The notes beneath the pieces are model-generated. The model made no database searches. It saw nothing but the letters and a program-made list of their open reading frames with translations, and was not told the DNA's origin. The translations under genes and the position numbers were made by a program. This document shows, in pieces, positions 26,717 through 34,687 of a stretch of 42,593 bases of DNA. The DNA is from Pseudomonadota bacterium (GTDB lineage: Bacteria; Bdellovibrionota_B; Oligoflexia; Oligoflexales; CAIYRB01), in assembly GCA_031416315.1 (NCBI GenBank), contig JANOTL010000123.1, forward strand, positions 1 to 42,593, read 5' to 3'. How positions within the stretch are numbered: the first letter of the stretch is position 1; each line of letters starts with the position of its first letter.

Positions 26717-28288
26717 ATGAGCTTCGATCTCAAACGACTTTACAACCGCGCAAAGGCGCAAGGCCTAAACCCGATCGTGCACGAGAATCACAAAGCGCCC
26801 CTGACGCGCCGTGATCTCTTGGCGCAGGGTTTCTTGGCAGGAACGGGCTTCGTCGTGGCGCCCAGCCTCCTGTCGATGCTTTCCACCAACGCGTATGCCG
26901 CAGGCGACTGCGGCGCCGCCGTAGGCACCACCGAAGTGGCGTTCGACGGCATGCGGGTCATGGCCTTCGAGGCCGCCGGCGGCATGAACATCTCCGGCGC
27001 CAACTTCATGGTCTGGGGCAAGGGCGGCGCAGGCGACTTCCTACCGGCCAGCGCGCTCGGCGTGCTGGGCGTGCCCGCGACGATGGCGACCTCCGACCAG
27101 GTGTCGACTGAGTTCGGCATCCCGATGCATTCGCGCAGCGCCCTGCTAGAAGGCTTGCGCCAGGCAACGACGCCGGAATGCCGCGAGCGCGTCAACGGCT
27201 TTCCGATCTGCGTCACCTCGATGGACGACTCGAACGCGAACCAGTTCAGTCTTTCCTATTACGCCTTCAAGTCGGGCGCGCTCGGTTCGCTGTCGCACGT
27301 GATCGGCACTGAGAGCACGGCGCACGGCGCGCGCTCGCTGGCGCCGACCGAGTCGATCGTGTCGTCCCTTTCCGCCACCCAAGTGCGCTCTTTCGAGGAC
27401 TCGCGCAACTTGGTGTCGGCGGCGTCGCTCGAGACGCTCCTCCCGGGTCGCGTCGGCGCCATCCTGCGCGCGGCGGCCGGAATGAGCAGCTCGCGCATCG
27501 AGCAGCTGCAGAACCAGCAGCTCCCGGAGCAGATCCGCGAGCTGGTGCGCTGCGGCTACGTGAAGTCGGCGGACGCGGCGAGCGGCAACCTCTCCGATGC
27601 GGTCGACGGCTCCAAGGACACGGCGCTGATCACCGCCCTTTCGGCGATCACCGAGACCAACACGCGGAACTTCGCGGTCAACCGCAACATGGCGCAAGGC
27701 GAGAATCAGAGCACGGTGGCGATGACCTACCTCTTGCTGAAGGGCTACGCCGGCTTCGCGACCAAGGTCATGGGCGGCCGCGACTACCACAACAACCCGC
27801 GCGCCGAGACCAACCAGAAGGACTTCGACGTCGGCTTCCAAATCGGCACGGCGCTGCAGATGGCGCATCAGACCGGTCGGACGCTCGTCACCCTTCTCTA
27901 CACGGACGGCGGCGTCGGCTGCTCGGATCCGAACACGCCCGACGATGCGAATCTGGACTCGCCGGCCGGCGGCCAAGCAATGTTCACCGGCGACCGCGGC
28001 GAAGGCGGCGCCATCATCGTGATGGCCTACCATCCGACCGCGCGCCCGCCGATCGCCAACCCGAAGCAGCAAGTCAATGCGTTCAACCCCAGCGGCGCCG
28101 TGGAGCAGAACTACGCCGAGGGCAAGATCGTCGCCAACAGCGTCACCAACGCCGTCCAATGCGCGATCTTGAACATCCTGGCGCTGCACGGGAAGCTGGG
28201 CGAGGCGGAGAAGGTCTTGGGCGCCGCGCACCCTTTCGCGGATCCGGCGGTGATGCAGCACTACGTCATGTTCGGGCAATGGGGCTGA
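26717..28288 (+). CDS. Tat-exported DUF1501-like protein
   Basis: TRRDLL twin-arginine signal ending AYA; EAAGG near the N-terminus, GGRDYH and YTDGG segments. Confidence 0.7.
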   Translation: MSFDLKRLYNRAKAQGLNPIVHENHKAPLTRRDLLAQGFLAGTGFVVAPSLLSMLSTNAYAAGDCGAAVGTTEVAFDGMRVMAFEAAGGMNISGANFMVWGKGGAGDFLPASALGVLGVPATMATSDQVSTEFGIPMHSRSALLEGLRQATTPECRERVNGFPICVTSMDDSNANQFSLSYYAFKSGALGSLSHVIGTESTAHGARSLAPTESIVSSLSATQVRSFEDSRNLVSAASLETLLPGRVGAILRAAAGMSSSRIEQLQNQQLPEQIRELVRCGYVKSADAASGNLSDAVDGSKDTALITALSAITETNTRNFAVNRNMAQGENQSTVAMTYLLLKGYAGFATKVMGGRDYHNNPRAETNQKDFDVGFQIGTALQMAHQTGRTLVTLLYTDGGVGCSDPNTPDDANLDSPAGGQAMFTGDRGEGGAIIVMAYHPTARPPIANPKQQVNAFNPSGAVEQNYAEGKIVANSVTNAVQCAILNILALHGKLGEAEKVLGAAHPFADPAVMQHYVMFGQWG

Positions 28289-28331
28289 AGCCTTGGGCTC
28301 AAGTTTCGGGCTGATCTAGAGGAGTGGCACG

Positions 28332-29627
28332 ATGTTTCGGTTCTACGCGCTCATGATGGCGGTTGGGCTCATCTGTTCCTGCGGAAAAGACGAGGACGAA
28401 GACAGCGCGGCGCCGAAGCCCTTTAAGGCTCTGGTGAAGGATGCGGGCGTCAACGGCTCGGCGGCTGCGGCGCCGGCCGAGGCGGGCGCCTTCAGCCCCG
28501 ACAACCAGGTGTCCCTCACGGCGTTCGGCGAGACGATGTGGCCCGTGCTCCGCCAACATTGCGGCGGCTGTCACGGTGGCTCCACCTCACCCTTCTTCGC
28601 CGTCGACGACAAGTACCAAGCGCACAAGACCGTCATCGAATCGCACCTGGTCGCGCCCGCGGCGGCCCCTTCGTCCCGCTTCGTCACGCGCCTCTCGTTG
28701 AACAACCACAACTGCTGGTCGGAATGCCCGAACGATGCGCAGACCATGCTCGCCAGCATCAAGGCCTGGACGGACAAGGCCGGGATCAAGAGCGGCGGCG
28801 ACAACCTGATCCGCGTCGGCCCCGTGGCCGTCGCGACCAGGAAAACCATCACGCTGATGGGCGGCGGCGGCAACTGGGTCCGCGAGGCCGAGAACTTCGA
28901 CGCCTTGGGCGCCGGCTTCGAGGTCGTCGAGGACGGCACCGCCTCCGCGAAAAAGGTCCTGGGTTTGGTCCCGGTCGCCGAGGGCCAGGAAGCGCCCGCG
29001 GGCGAGTCGCGCTACGAAATGGTGATCCCCGAAGGCAAATACAACCTTTGGATGCGCCTGCGCAACACGGAGCGGGGTCGGGCAGTCTGGTTCCGGCTGA
29101 ACGGCGGCCGCGAGGTGCAGGCCGGCATCGAAGGCAACTCGGACGACTGGGTCTGGGTCAAGGTCGCCGACGGCGTCGACCTCGCGCCGTTGAAGGGCGC
29201 CGACTACGCCGAGCTCGCCATCACCCGCTCGCAGGTTCTGGTCGATATGGTCGCCTTCACGACCAATGCCGTCTTCGACCAAGCTCAAATCGAGAACACC
29301 GGCCGTCGTCAGGCGCTGGAATGGGACCTCACCCCGGCGCTCGGAAAAAAAGCGGTGCTGACGATGCTGATCGATCCGACGCCCGACGGCACCGCCTACC
29401 TCCTGAGCCGTCCGACCCTACGCCTCGACGAGCCAACGAAGGTCAAGCTGGAGAAAATGTACGTCCTAAACAACGGCGAGTACAACCCGCAGTACAGCAC
29501 CTTCGCGAGCCTGTCGACCACCGTGGCGGCGACCACCGAGCTGAGCCCCCGCGGTTTGGTCGTCATCGCTCGCGACGGGAACGACGCGATCACGCTCGGG
29601 TTCGGGGGACTGGCGATCGTGCCGTGA
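28332..29627 (+). CDS. Monoheme cytochrome c lipoprotein with carbohydrate-binding-like beta-sandwich domain
   Basis: Lipobox ICSC; WPVLRQHCGGCH (CxxCH at 28560-28574); HNCWSEC; EAENF...GKYNLWMR...WVWV...VDMVAF jelly-roll pattern. Confidence 0.75.
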   Translation: MFRFYALMMAVGLICSCGKDEDEDSAAPKPFKALVKDAGVNGSAAAAPAEAGAFSPDNQVSLTAFGETMWPVLRQHCGGCHGGSTSPFFAVDDKYQAHKTVIESHLVAPAAAPSSRFVTRLSLNNHNCWSECPNDAQTMLASIKAWTDKAGIKSGGDNLIRVGPVAVATRKTITLMGGGGNWVREAENFDALGAGFEVVEDGTASAKKVLGLVPVAEGQEAPAGESRYEMVIPEGKYNLWMRLRNTERGRAVWFRLNGGREVQAGIEGNSDDWVWVKVADGVDLAPLKGADYAELAITRSQVLVDMVAFTTNAVFDQAQIENTGRRQALEWDLTPALGKKAVLTMLIDPTPDGTAYLLSRPTLRLDEPTKVKLEKMYVLNNGEYNPQYSTFASLSTTVAATTELSPRGLVVIARDGNDAITLGFGGLAIVP

Positions 29628-29639
29628 GGCGCCGCCGGC

Positions 29640-30194
29640 TCACCCCGGCACGCGGATCTGCATCACCCAGTCGATGTCGACGTACTTCGTGCCCGTCGTC
29701 TCGTCGGTGAATTTCCACTCCCATTCGCCGGCGCGCGTGAAGCCCAGCTTCCGGTAGAACTCGACGGCGTTGACGTTGTATTCCCAGACGCTGAGCCAGA
29801 GCCACGGGTAGCCGCGCGCCTTCGCCTCCTGAAACACCTCGGCGAGGACGCGCTTGCCGAGCCCGCGCTTGGTGAACTTCTTCAGGAAGTAGATCCGCTC
29901 GAGGTAAATCGCATCCTCGTGTTTGATGCACTCGGCCGGCTCGCGCTCGTAGAGCTTCGCATACCCCGCAGGCTCGCCGTCGACCCGCACGAGCCACCAG
30001 CGCGTCTTGGGATCCTCGATCGCGGGGAGGAGGAGCGCCGGCGTGAAGGTCTGGCTCGCGTACTGGTCGCAGATCTCCTGCGTGTAGTACTGCATGCCGA
30101 CGAAGGTCTCGGCGAAGGTCTCGGCGCCGAGGCGCGCCAAGGTCGCTGCGTCGTCGCGGGTCGGGCGGACGATGTCGATCTTTTCGAGGCTCAT
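29640..30194 (-). CDS. GNAT N-acetyltransferase (PaiA-like)
   Basis: ETFAETF, LERIY, RGLGK and WLSVWEYNVNAVEFYRKLGF. Confidence 0.9.
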   Translation of the reverse strand: MSLEKIDIVRPTRDDAATLARLGAETFAETFVGMQYYTQEICDQYASQTFTPALLLPAIEDPKTRWWLVRVDGEPAGYAKLYEREPAECIKHEDAIYLERIYFLKKFTKRGLGKRVLAEVFQEAKARGYPWLWLSVWEYNVNAVEFYRKLGFTRAGEWEWKFTDETTGTKYVDIDWVMQIRVPG

Positions 30195-30306
30195 GTGGGC
30201 GTCAGAGCCAGGGCCACGGCGTGCGACTTCATGCGATCCCTCGACGTTTTGCCTACCGACATTAGGAGTCGTGTCTGTCGCCGTCAACGCCTCCGCGGCA
30301 ACGCGC

Positions 30307-30336
30307 TTGACAGCTGAATTGAGAACGATTATCAAT
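30307..30336 (+). promoter_or_regulatory. TTGACA -35 element followed by a Fur-box-like inverted repeat ATTGAGAACGATTATCAAT
   Basis: Core TGAGAAC-G-ATTATCA (30320-30334) matches the 7-1-7 Fur consensus TGATAAT-N-ATTATCA with 2 mismatches. Confidence 0.65.
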
Positions 30337-30386
30337 CTCACTGGCTAGGAAACCTCTTGATACCGATCAATTTTTGGAGCTGCCCC

Positions 30387-30902
30387 ATGTCCTTCGTCGC
30401 GAAATGCGCCCTTGTGTTCGCCATACCCGCCTTGTGCGCCGTCTCGGTGTCCGCCGTAGCCGACGACACCGAGCTGCCTTACGAAGCCTACAAGACCCTC
30501 GCCACCGACCTCGGCCAGCGCGTCGGTGCCCGCGAGCCGCTGGAGACGCTCGCCGTCGACACGCAGACTTTGATCGAGCTCGGCACCGAGGTTCTGCGCG
30601 CGTACGGCGTCGCGAACCCGAATTGCGCTGAGCAGCTCGCCGTCGTCGAGGCCGACCTCGCGACCATGGGTGATCTCAGCGTCGAGGCGATCCACACGAA
30701 ATACCACAACGGCGTCGGCATCCCCGCCGGCCCGCGCCACTGCTACTTCGGCCGCGCGCTCGTCGTGCATCCGGTGATGAACCTCGTGCGCTTCGAGGAC
30801 GGTCTCACCGCCGCCGAGCTGGAGGCCGCCGAGCACGAATACTTCGAGGTCGTCGGCCACATCGTCCGCGCGCAAGCGAACATCGAGAATCCGCCGAACT
30901 AA
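30387..30902 (+). CDS. Secreted helical protein with His/Cys/Glu cluster, possible metal binder
   Basis: Signal peptide; YHNG, HCY, VVHP and EVVGH motifs; GGAG SD. Confidence 0.75.
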   Translation: MSFVAKCALVFAIPALCAVSVSAVADDTELPYEAYKTLATDLGQRVGAREPLETLAVDTQTLIELGTEVLRAYGVANPNCAEQLAVVEADLATMGDLSVEAIHTKYHNGVGIPAGPRHCYFGRALVVHPVMNLVRFEDGLTAAELEAAEHEYFEVVGHIVRAQANIENPPN

Positions 30903-30931
30903 GCTTCGACGTGGGTCACGTAACGGGAATC

Positions 30932-30969
30932 GCGACTCCCCCTGCTTGCAAGGGGAGTCGCCTTCTTTT
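30932..30969 (+). terminator. Rho-independent terminator
   Basis: GCGACTCCCC / GGGGAGTCGC 10-bp stem then CTTCTTTT. Confidence 0.7.
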
Positions 30970-30979
30970 ACCGTAAGGC

Positions 30980-32359
30980 ATGGCCAAAACCCCCCATTTT
31001 CCCGCGTCGTTCGTCGACCTCCTGGCTTGTCCGCGCTGTGCGGCGCCGCTCGGCGCCGACCGTGAAGCGTTTCGCTGCACCGCTTGCGCCGTTGAATATC
31101 CTAGTGTCGCCAAGCTGCCGTGGCTTTTCGCCGATCCCGAGGCCAAGCTCGCCGAGTGGAAAAGCCTCGCGGCCGTCGGCTTAGGCGAGCTGCGGGAGTC
31201 CGAAGCGCTGCAGAAAGAAGCGCTGCGCGCCACGACGCTGACGCCCCTCGCGCAGCGCCGCATGCGCAAAATGCTGCAAGCTACCGTCGAGAACCGGAAG
31301 ACCCTCCTCGAGCTCTTCGAGCCTTTCGTCGCCGCTGCCACGGTCGAGACCAACGCCGACGAGCTGCGCGTGCTCTCGAAAAAGCTCGCCGCGACGCAGT
31401 CCTTCTCCGCCTACGCGACCAATCTCTTTCGCGACTGGGCCTGGTCGGAGGCCGGCGCCCCGCCCGAAGCCGACGAGAACATCCAGGCGCTCTCCGCCGT
31501 GCTCCGCGCCGCGGCGGCCTCCCATGCCGGCGGCGATCTCATGATTCTGGGCGCCGGCGCCGGCCGCCTCGCCTTCGATCTCGCCTTCAATCCGCACTTT
31601 TCTCGGGTTCTGGCCACCGACGTGCACCCCATCCTTCTTTCGGTGGGCGCCCGGGCGGCGGCGGGACGCGCGGTGTCTTTGCACGAGCTGCCGCTGATGC
31701 CCGACGGCATCGACAACGCCGCCGTCGCGCGGCGCCTCGTCGCTCCCTCGGCCGCGCCGGCGGCGAAACTCGCGCACGCTTTCGTCGACGCGCTCGAGCC
31801 CGCGCTCGCCCGCGAGAAAGCCGACACCGTCCTGACGCCCTGGCTCCTGGACATCTTGCCGGAGAGTCCCGCGCTCTTCGCAGAGCGCGTCAACGCGCTC
31901 TTGAAGCCCGGCGGCGTCTGGCTCTTTCACGGCACCACCGCGTTCCGGGACGGCCTCTCCCGCGACGAGCTGCTGGACCTCGTCGGCGCGGCCGGTTTCG
32001 AGCTCGTGTTCACTGAGACCGTCCGCCTGCCGTACCTCTGCTCCCCCGCCAGCGGCCATGGCCGCCGGGAGAACGTGCTCGGTTTCGCCGCGAAGAAAGT
32101 CGAGTCGCGCGCCATGCCCGCGCCGTTCCGCGTCCTGCCGCGCTGGCTCGCCGAGGGCGCGGAGCCGATCCCGCGCCCTCAGGGATTGGCGCAACTGGCC
32201 CTGATGCACTCCCTTTACGCCGAGGTCCTGGCGCTGGTCGACGGACGCACGACGCTCGTGCAGCTCACGGCGGCGCTCGCCGCTCGGAAAAATCTCGACC
32301 CGGCCGCCTTGCGCGGCGCTCTCACCAGCTTTTTCGCGGGCGTGGCCGAGCTCTCCTGA
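30980..32359 (+). CDS. Class I SAM-dependent methyltransferase (N2227/carnosine N-methyltransferase-like) with N-terminal CxxC-CxxC knuckle
   Basis: LACPRC...CTAC; LFRDW; LGAGAGRLAFDL; TPWLLD; LKPGGVW. Confidence 0.75.
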   Translation: MAKTPHFPASFVDLLACPRCAAPLGADREAFRCTACAVEYPSVAKLPWLFADPEAKLAEWKSLAAVGLGELRESEALQKEALRATTLTPLAQRRMRKMLQATVENRKTLLELFEPFVAAATVETNADELRVLSKKLAATQSFSAYATNLFRDWAWSEAGAPPEADENIQALSAVLRAAAASHAGGDLMILGAGAGRLAFDLAFNPHFSRVLATDVHPILLSVGARAAAGRAVSLHELPLMPDGIDNAAVARRLVAPSAAPAAKLAHAFVDALEPALAREKADTVLTPWLLDILPESPALFAERVNALLKPGGVWLFHGTTAFRDGLSRDELLDLVGAAGFELVFTETVRLPYLCSPASGHGRRENVLGFAAKKVESRAMPAPFRVLPRWLAEGAEPIPRPQGLAQLALMHSLYAEVLALVDGRTTLVQLTAALAARKNLDPAALRGALTSFFAGVAELS

Positions 32360-32362
32360 GGG

Positions 32363-32380
32363 CTGGCATCACTTTCGCAT
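32363..32380 (+). promoter_or_regulatory. Putative sigma54 promoter CTGGCATCACTTTCGCAT
   Basis: GG(32365-66)-N10-GC(32377-78) in a TGGCA context. Confidence 0.55.
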
Positions 32381-32403
32381 CGCCTTCGCCAGGAGGCGTG
32401 ACC

Positions 32404-32478
32404 ATGAAATCGCTCGAAATCATGTGGCTGGACCTAGGCACGCCGCTATCCCACACGCATCACGCCGGCGCGCCGTGA
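32404..32478 (+). CDS. Small 24-aa ORF MKSLEIMWLDLGTPLSHTHHAGAP
   Basis: AGGAGG 7 nt before the ATG; TGA overlaps the DUF72 GTG (GTGA). Confidence 0.5.
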   Translation: MKSLEIMWLDLGTPLSHTHHAGAP

Positions 32479-33272
32479 GCACAGTTTTCGTCGGCGTCGC
32501 CGGATTCAGCGTGCCTCGCGGCGCCTGGAAGGTCTGCGGGGCCGAAGGCAGCCACCTCGAGCGCACGTCGCGGCTCTTCGGCGGCGTCGAGATCAATACG
32601 TCTTTCTACCGGAACCATCAGAAGAAGACCTACGAGCGCTGGGCCGAAAGCGTGCCCGCAGCGTTTCGCTTCGCCGTGAAGCTCGACCGGGTGGTGACCC
32701 ACATGAAGCGCCTCCGCGACGGTGACGCGGAAATCGAGCGCTTCCTCGATGAGACGTCCGGATTAGGCGAGAAGCGCGGGCCTATCCTCGTGCAGCTGCC
32801 GCCGAGCCTGGCCTTCGACCCTCCGGTCGCGGAGCTCTTCTTCCGCGACTGGCGCCGCCGCACGCCGTCGCCTACGGTCTGCGAGCCGCGCCATCCGACG
32901 TGGTTCCGAGCCGAGGCCGAGGCGCTGCTCCGGGCGCACGGCATCGCGCGCTGCGCCGCCGATCCGGCGCCGGCGCCCGGCGCCGGCGATCCAGCGGCGA
33001 GCGCGGACTTGGTCTACTTCCGGCTGCACGGCAGCCCTGAAATGTATCTTTCGCCCTACGATGTCGCCGCTACGACCGCGATGGCCGCCCGGATCAAAGC
33101 CATTGCCTCGCAGAAAGCGCGGGAAATCTGGTGCATCTTCGACAACACCATCGTCGGCCACGCCACCTTCGACGCGCTCCGGTTGACTCGCGAGCTCGAA
33201 GGCGGCGCGCCATTACGTTCGATGACGGTGATCGCCCCGGCCCGCTCGGGCCCCGCGCACGCGCTCTCGTGA
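32475..33272 (+). CDS. DUF72 (YecE-like) protein
   Basis: VEINTSFY, FRFAVK, LVQLPPS, EPRHPTW, YFRLHG and IFDN motifs. Confidence 0.92.
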   Translation: MSTVFVGVAGFSVPRGAWKVCGAEGSHLERTSRLFGGVEINTSFYRNHQKKTYERWAESVPAAFRFAVKLDRVVTHMKRLRDGDAEIERFLDETSGLGEKRGPILVQLPPSLAFDPPVAELFFRDWRRRTPSPTVCEPRHPTWFRAEAEALLRAHGIARCAADPAPAPGAGDPAASADLVYFRLHGSPEMYLSPYDVAATTAMAARIKAIASQKAREIWCIFDNTIVGHATFDALRLTRELEGGAPLRSMTVIAPARSGPAHALS

Positions 33273-33399
33273 TCCGTGGCGAATTCGCCTGAGACAATTT
33301 TCTCCACTCTTGTCTCCGCCGAGCGACGGCCGCCGCAGCAAAATGGTGACGATTCCAGGCGTCGCGACGCGGCATCGCGATTTATGGGCCCCCCAGGCG

Positions 33400-33416
33400 T
33401 TGGCACCAAACCTGCA
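33400..33416 (+). promoter_or_regulatory. Putative sigma54 promoter TTGGCACCAAACCTGCA
   Basis: TGGCAC-N5-CTGCA, one mismatch from TGGCAC-N5-TTGCA, 26 nt before the ATG. Confidence 0.7.
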
Positions 33417-33442
33417 GAGTGCCCGGCAAGGAGGACGAACCA

Positions 33443-33817
33443 ATGAGAAATCGGATTCTAGGTGCAGCAGCTTTGTTCATCGGGGTCGCGACGCTCGCGC
33501 AAGCCGAGACCAAGCCCGTACAACCGGACAACTCCGCGGTCAACAAGCCACGCGAAGAAGTCAACGCGGTCGTCGCCGACGACGCGAGCAGCAAGAAGAC
33601 GGACGTCGAGCTGACGGCCGCCATTCGCAAGGCCTTGGTCGACGAGAAAGATCTGTCGACCTACGCGAAGAACGTCAAGATCATCGTGAAGGACCACACC
33701 GTGCATCTCGCCGGGCCGGTCCGCACCGATGCCGAGAAAAAAGCCGTCGAGCAGATCGCCGCGACGCAAGCAGGCACGGCCAACGTCACCAGTGAAATCT
33801 CGGTCGCTCCGAAGTGA
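33443..33817 (+). CDS. BON-domain (OsmY-like) secreted protein
   Basis: Signal peptide; PDNSAVN, DVELTAAIRKAL, LSTYAKNVKII and LAGPV; AGGAGG SD. Confidence 0.9.
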   Translation: MRNRILGAAALFIGVATLAQAETKPVQPDNSAVNKPREEVNAVVADDASSKKTDVELTAAIRKALVDEKDLSTYAKNVKIIVKDHTVHLAGPVRTDAEKKAVEQIAATQAGTANVTSEISVAPK

Positions 33818-33881
33818 CCGTCTAATTCCGACGAACGCTCGACGAAATCTTTTACCACTTCATTTCAAGGAGAACGAAATC

Positions 33882-34562
33882 ATGGGTATGCTCGACAACA
33901 ATCGTGACGACCATGCGAAAAAAGACGCCAAGATCGCCGTTTTCGGCATCTTCCACACGCGCTCCGACCTCGAGCGTTGCGTCGACCGTCTGCAAGCCGA
34001 CGGCTTCCGCAACCAAGACGTCTCGGCTCTACTCCCTGCCGGCGCGGATAACATGGGTACCGAGAAGAACTCGAAAGCGCCGGAAGGCGCGGCCACCGGC
34101 GCCGGCGCCGGCGCGCTCCTCGGCGGCACTCTGGGTTGGCTCGTGGGCATCGGCTCGCTCGCCATTCCGGGCATCGGCCCCTTCGTCGCCGCGGGCCCGA
34201 TCATGGCCGCTCTTGCCGGCGCTAGCGTCGGCGCAGCTCTCGGCGGCATTTCCGGCTCGCTGATCGGCCTCGGCATCCCTGAGTACGAAGCGAAGCGTTA
34301 CGAGACGCATCTCAAGGAAGGCCGCCATCTCCTTTCGATCCACTGCGACGACCGCGCCTGGAAAGACAAGGCCGAGAACGTCCTCAAAGCCTGCGGCGCC
34401 GAAGACATCTCGTCGACCGGTGAAGCGAAAGCGCCCTCCGTCAAAGCCGACACGACCGTCGGCGGCCTGAAGCGCGAAGAAGTGATGACGTCCTCGACGT
34501 CGTCGACCACCAGCTACGAACGCGGACGGGGCAGCGACGTTCCGCCGCCGCCGGTCCTCTAA
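33882..34562 (+). CDS. General stress protein (YflT/17M-like) with glycine-zipper membrane segment
   Basis: AVFGIF, GFRNQDVS, IPGIGPFVAAGP and GIPEYEAKRYE; AAGGAG SD. Confidence 0.85.
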   Translation: MGMLDNNRDDHAKKDAKIAVFGIFHTRSDLERCVDRLQADGFRNQDVSALLPAGADNMGTEKNSKAPEGAATGAGAGALLGGTLGWLVGIGSLAIPGIGPFVAAGPIMAALAGASVGAALGGISGSLIGLGIPEYEAKRYETHLKEGRHLLSIHCDDRAWKDKAENVLKACGAEDISSTGEAKAPSVKADTTVGGLKREEVMTSSTSSTTSYERGRGSDVPPPPVL

Positions 34563-34687
34563 CCAGGATCAGCGGAGACCTCCGGTTTCTCCGACTAGGC
34601 CCGCGTGGCTCTTTGAGCTGCGCGGGTCCCTGTTTTTACGCGAGAGCGGCCGGCGTCGGTGAGTCGCGCCGTATCATTCGTCGTGTC

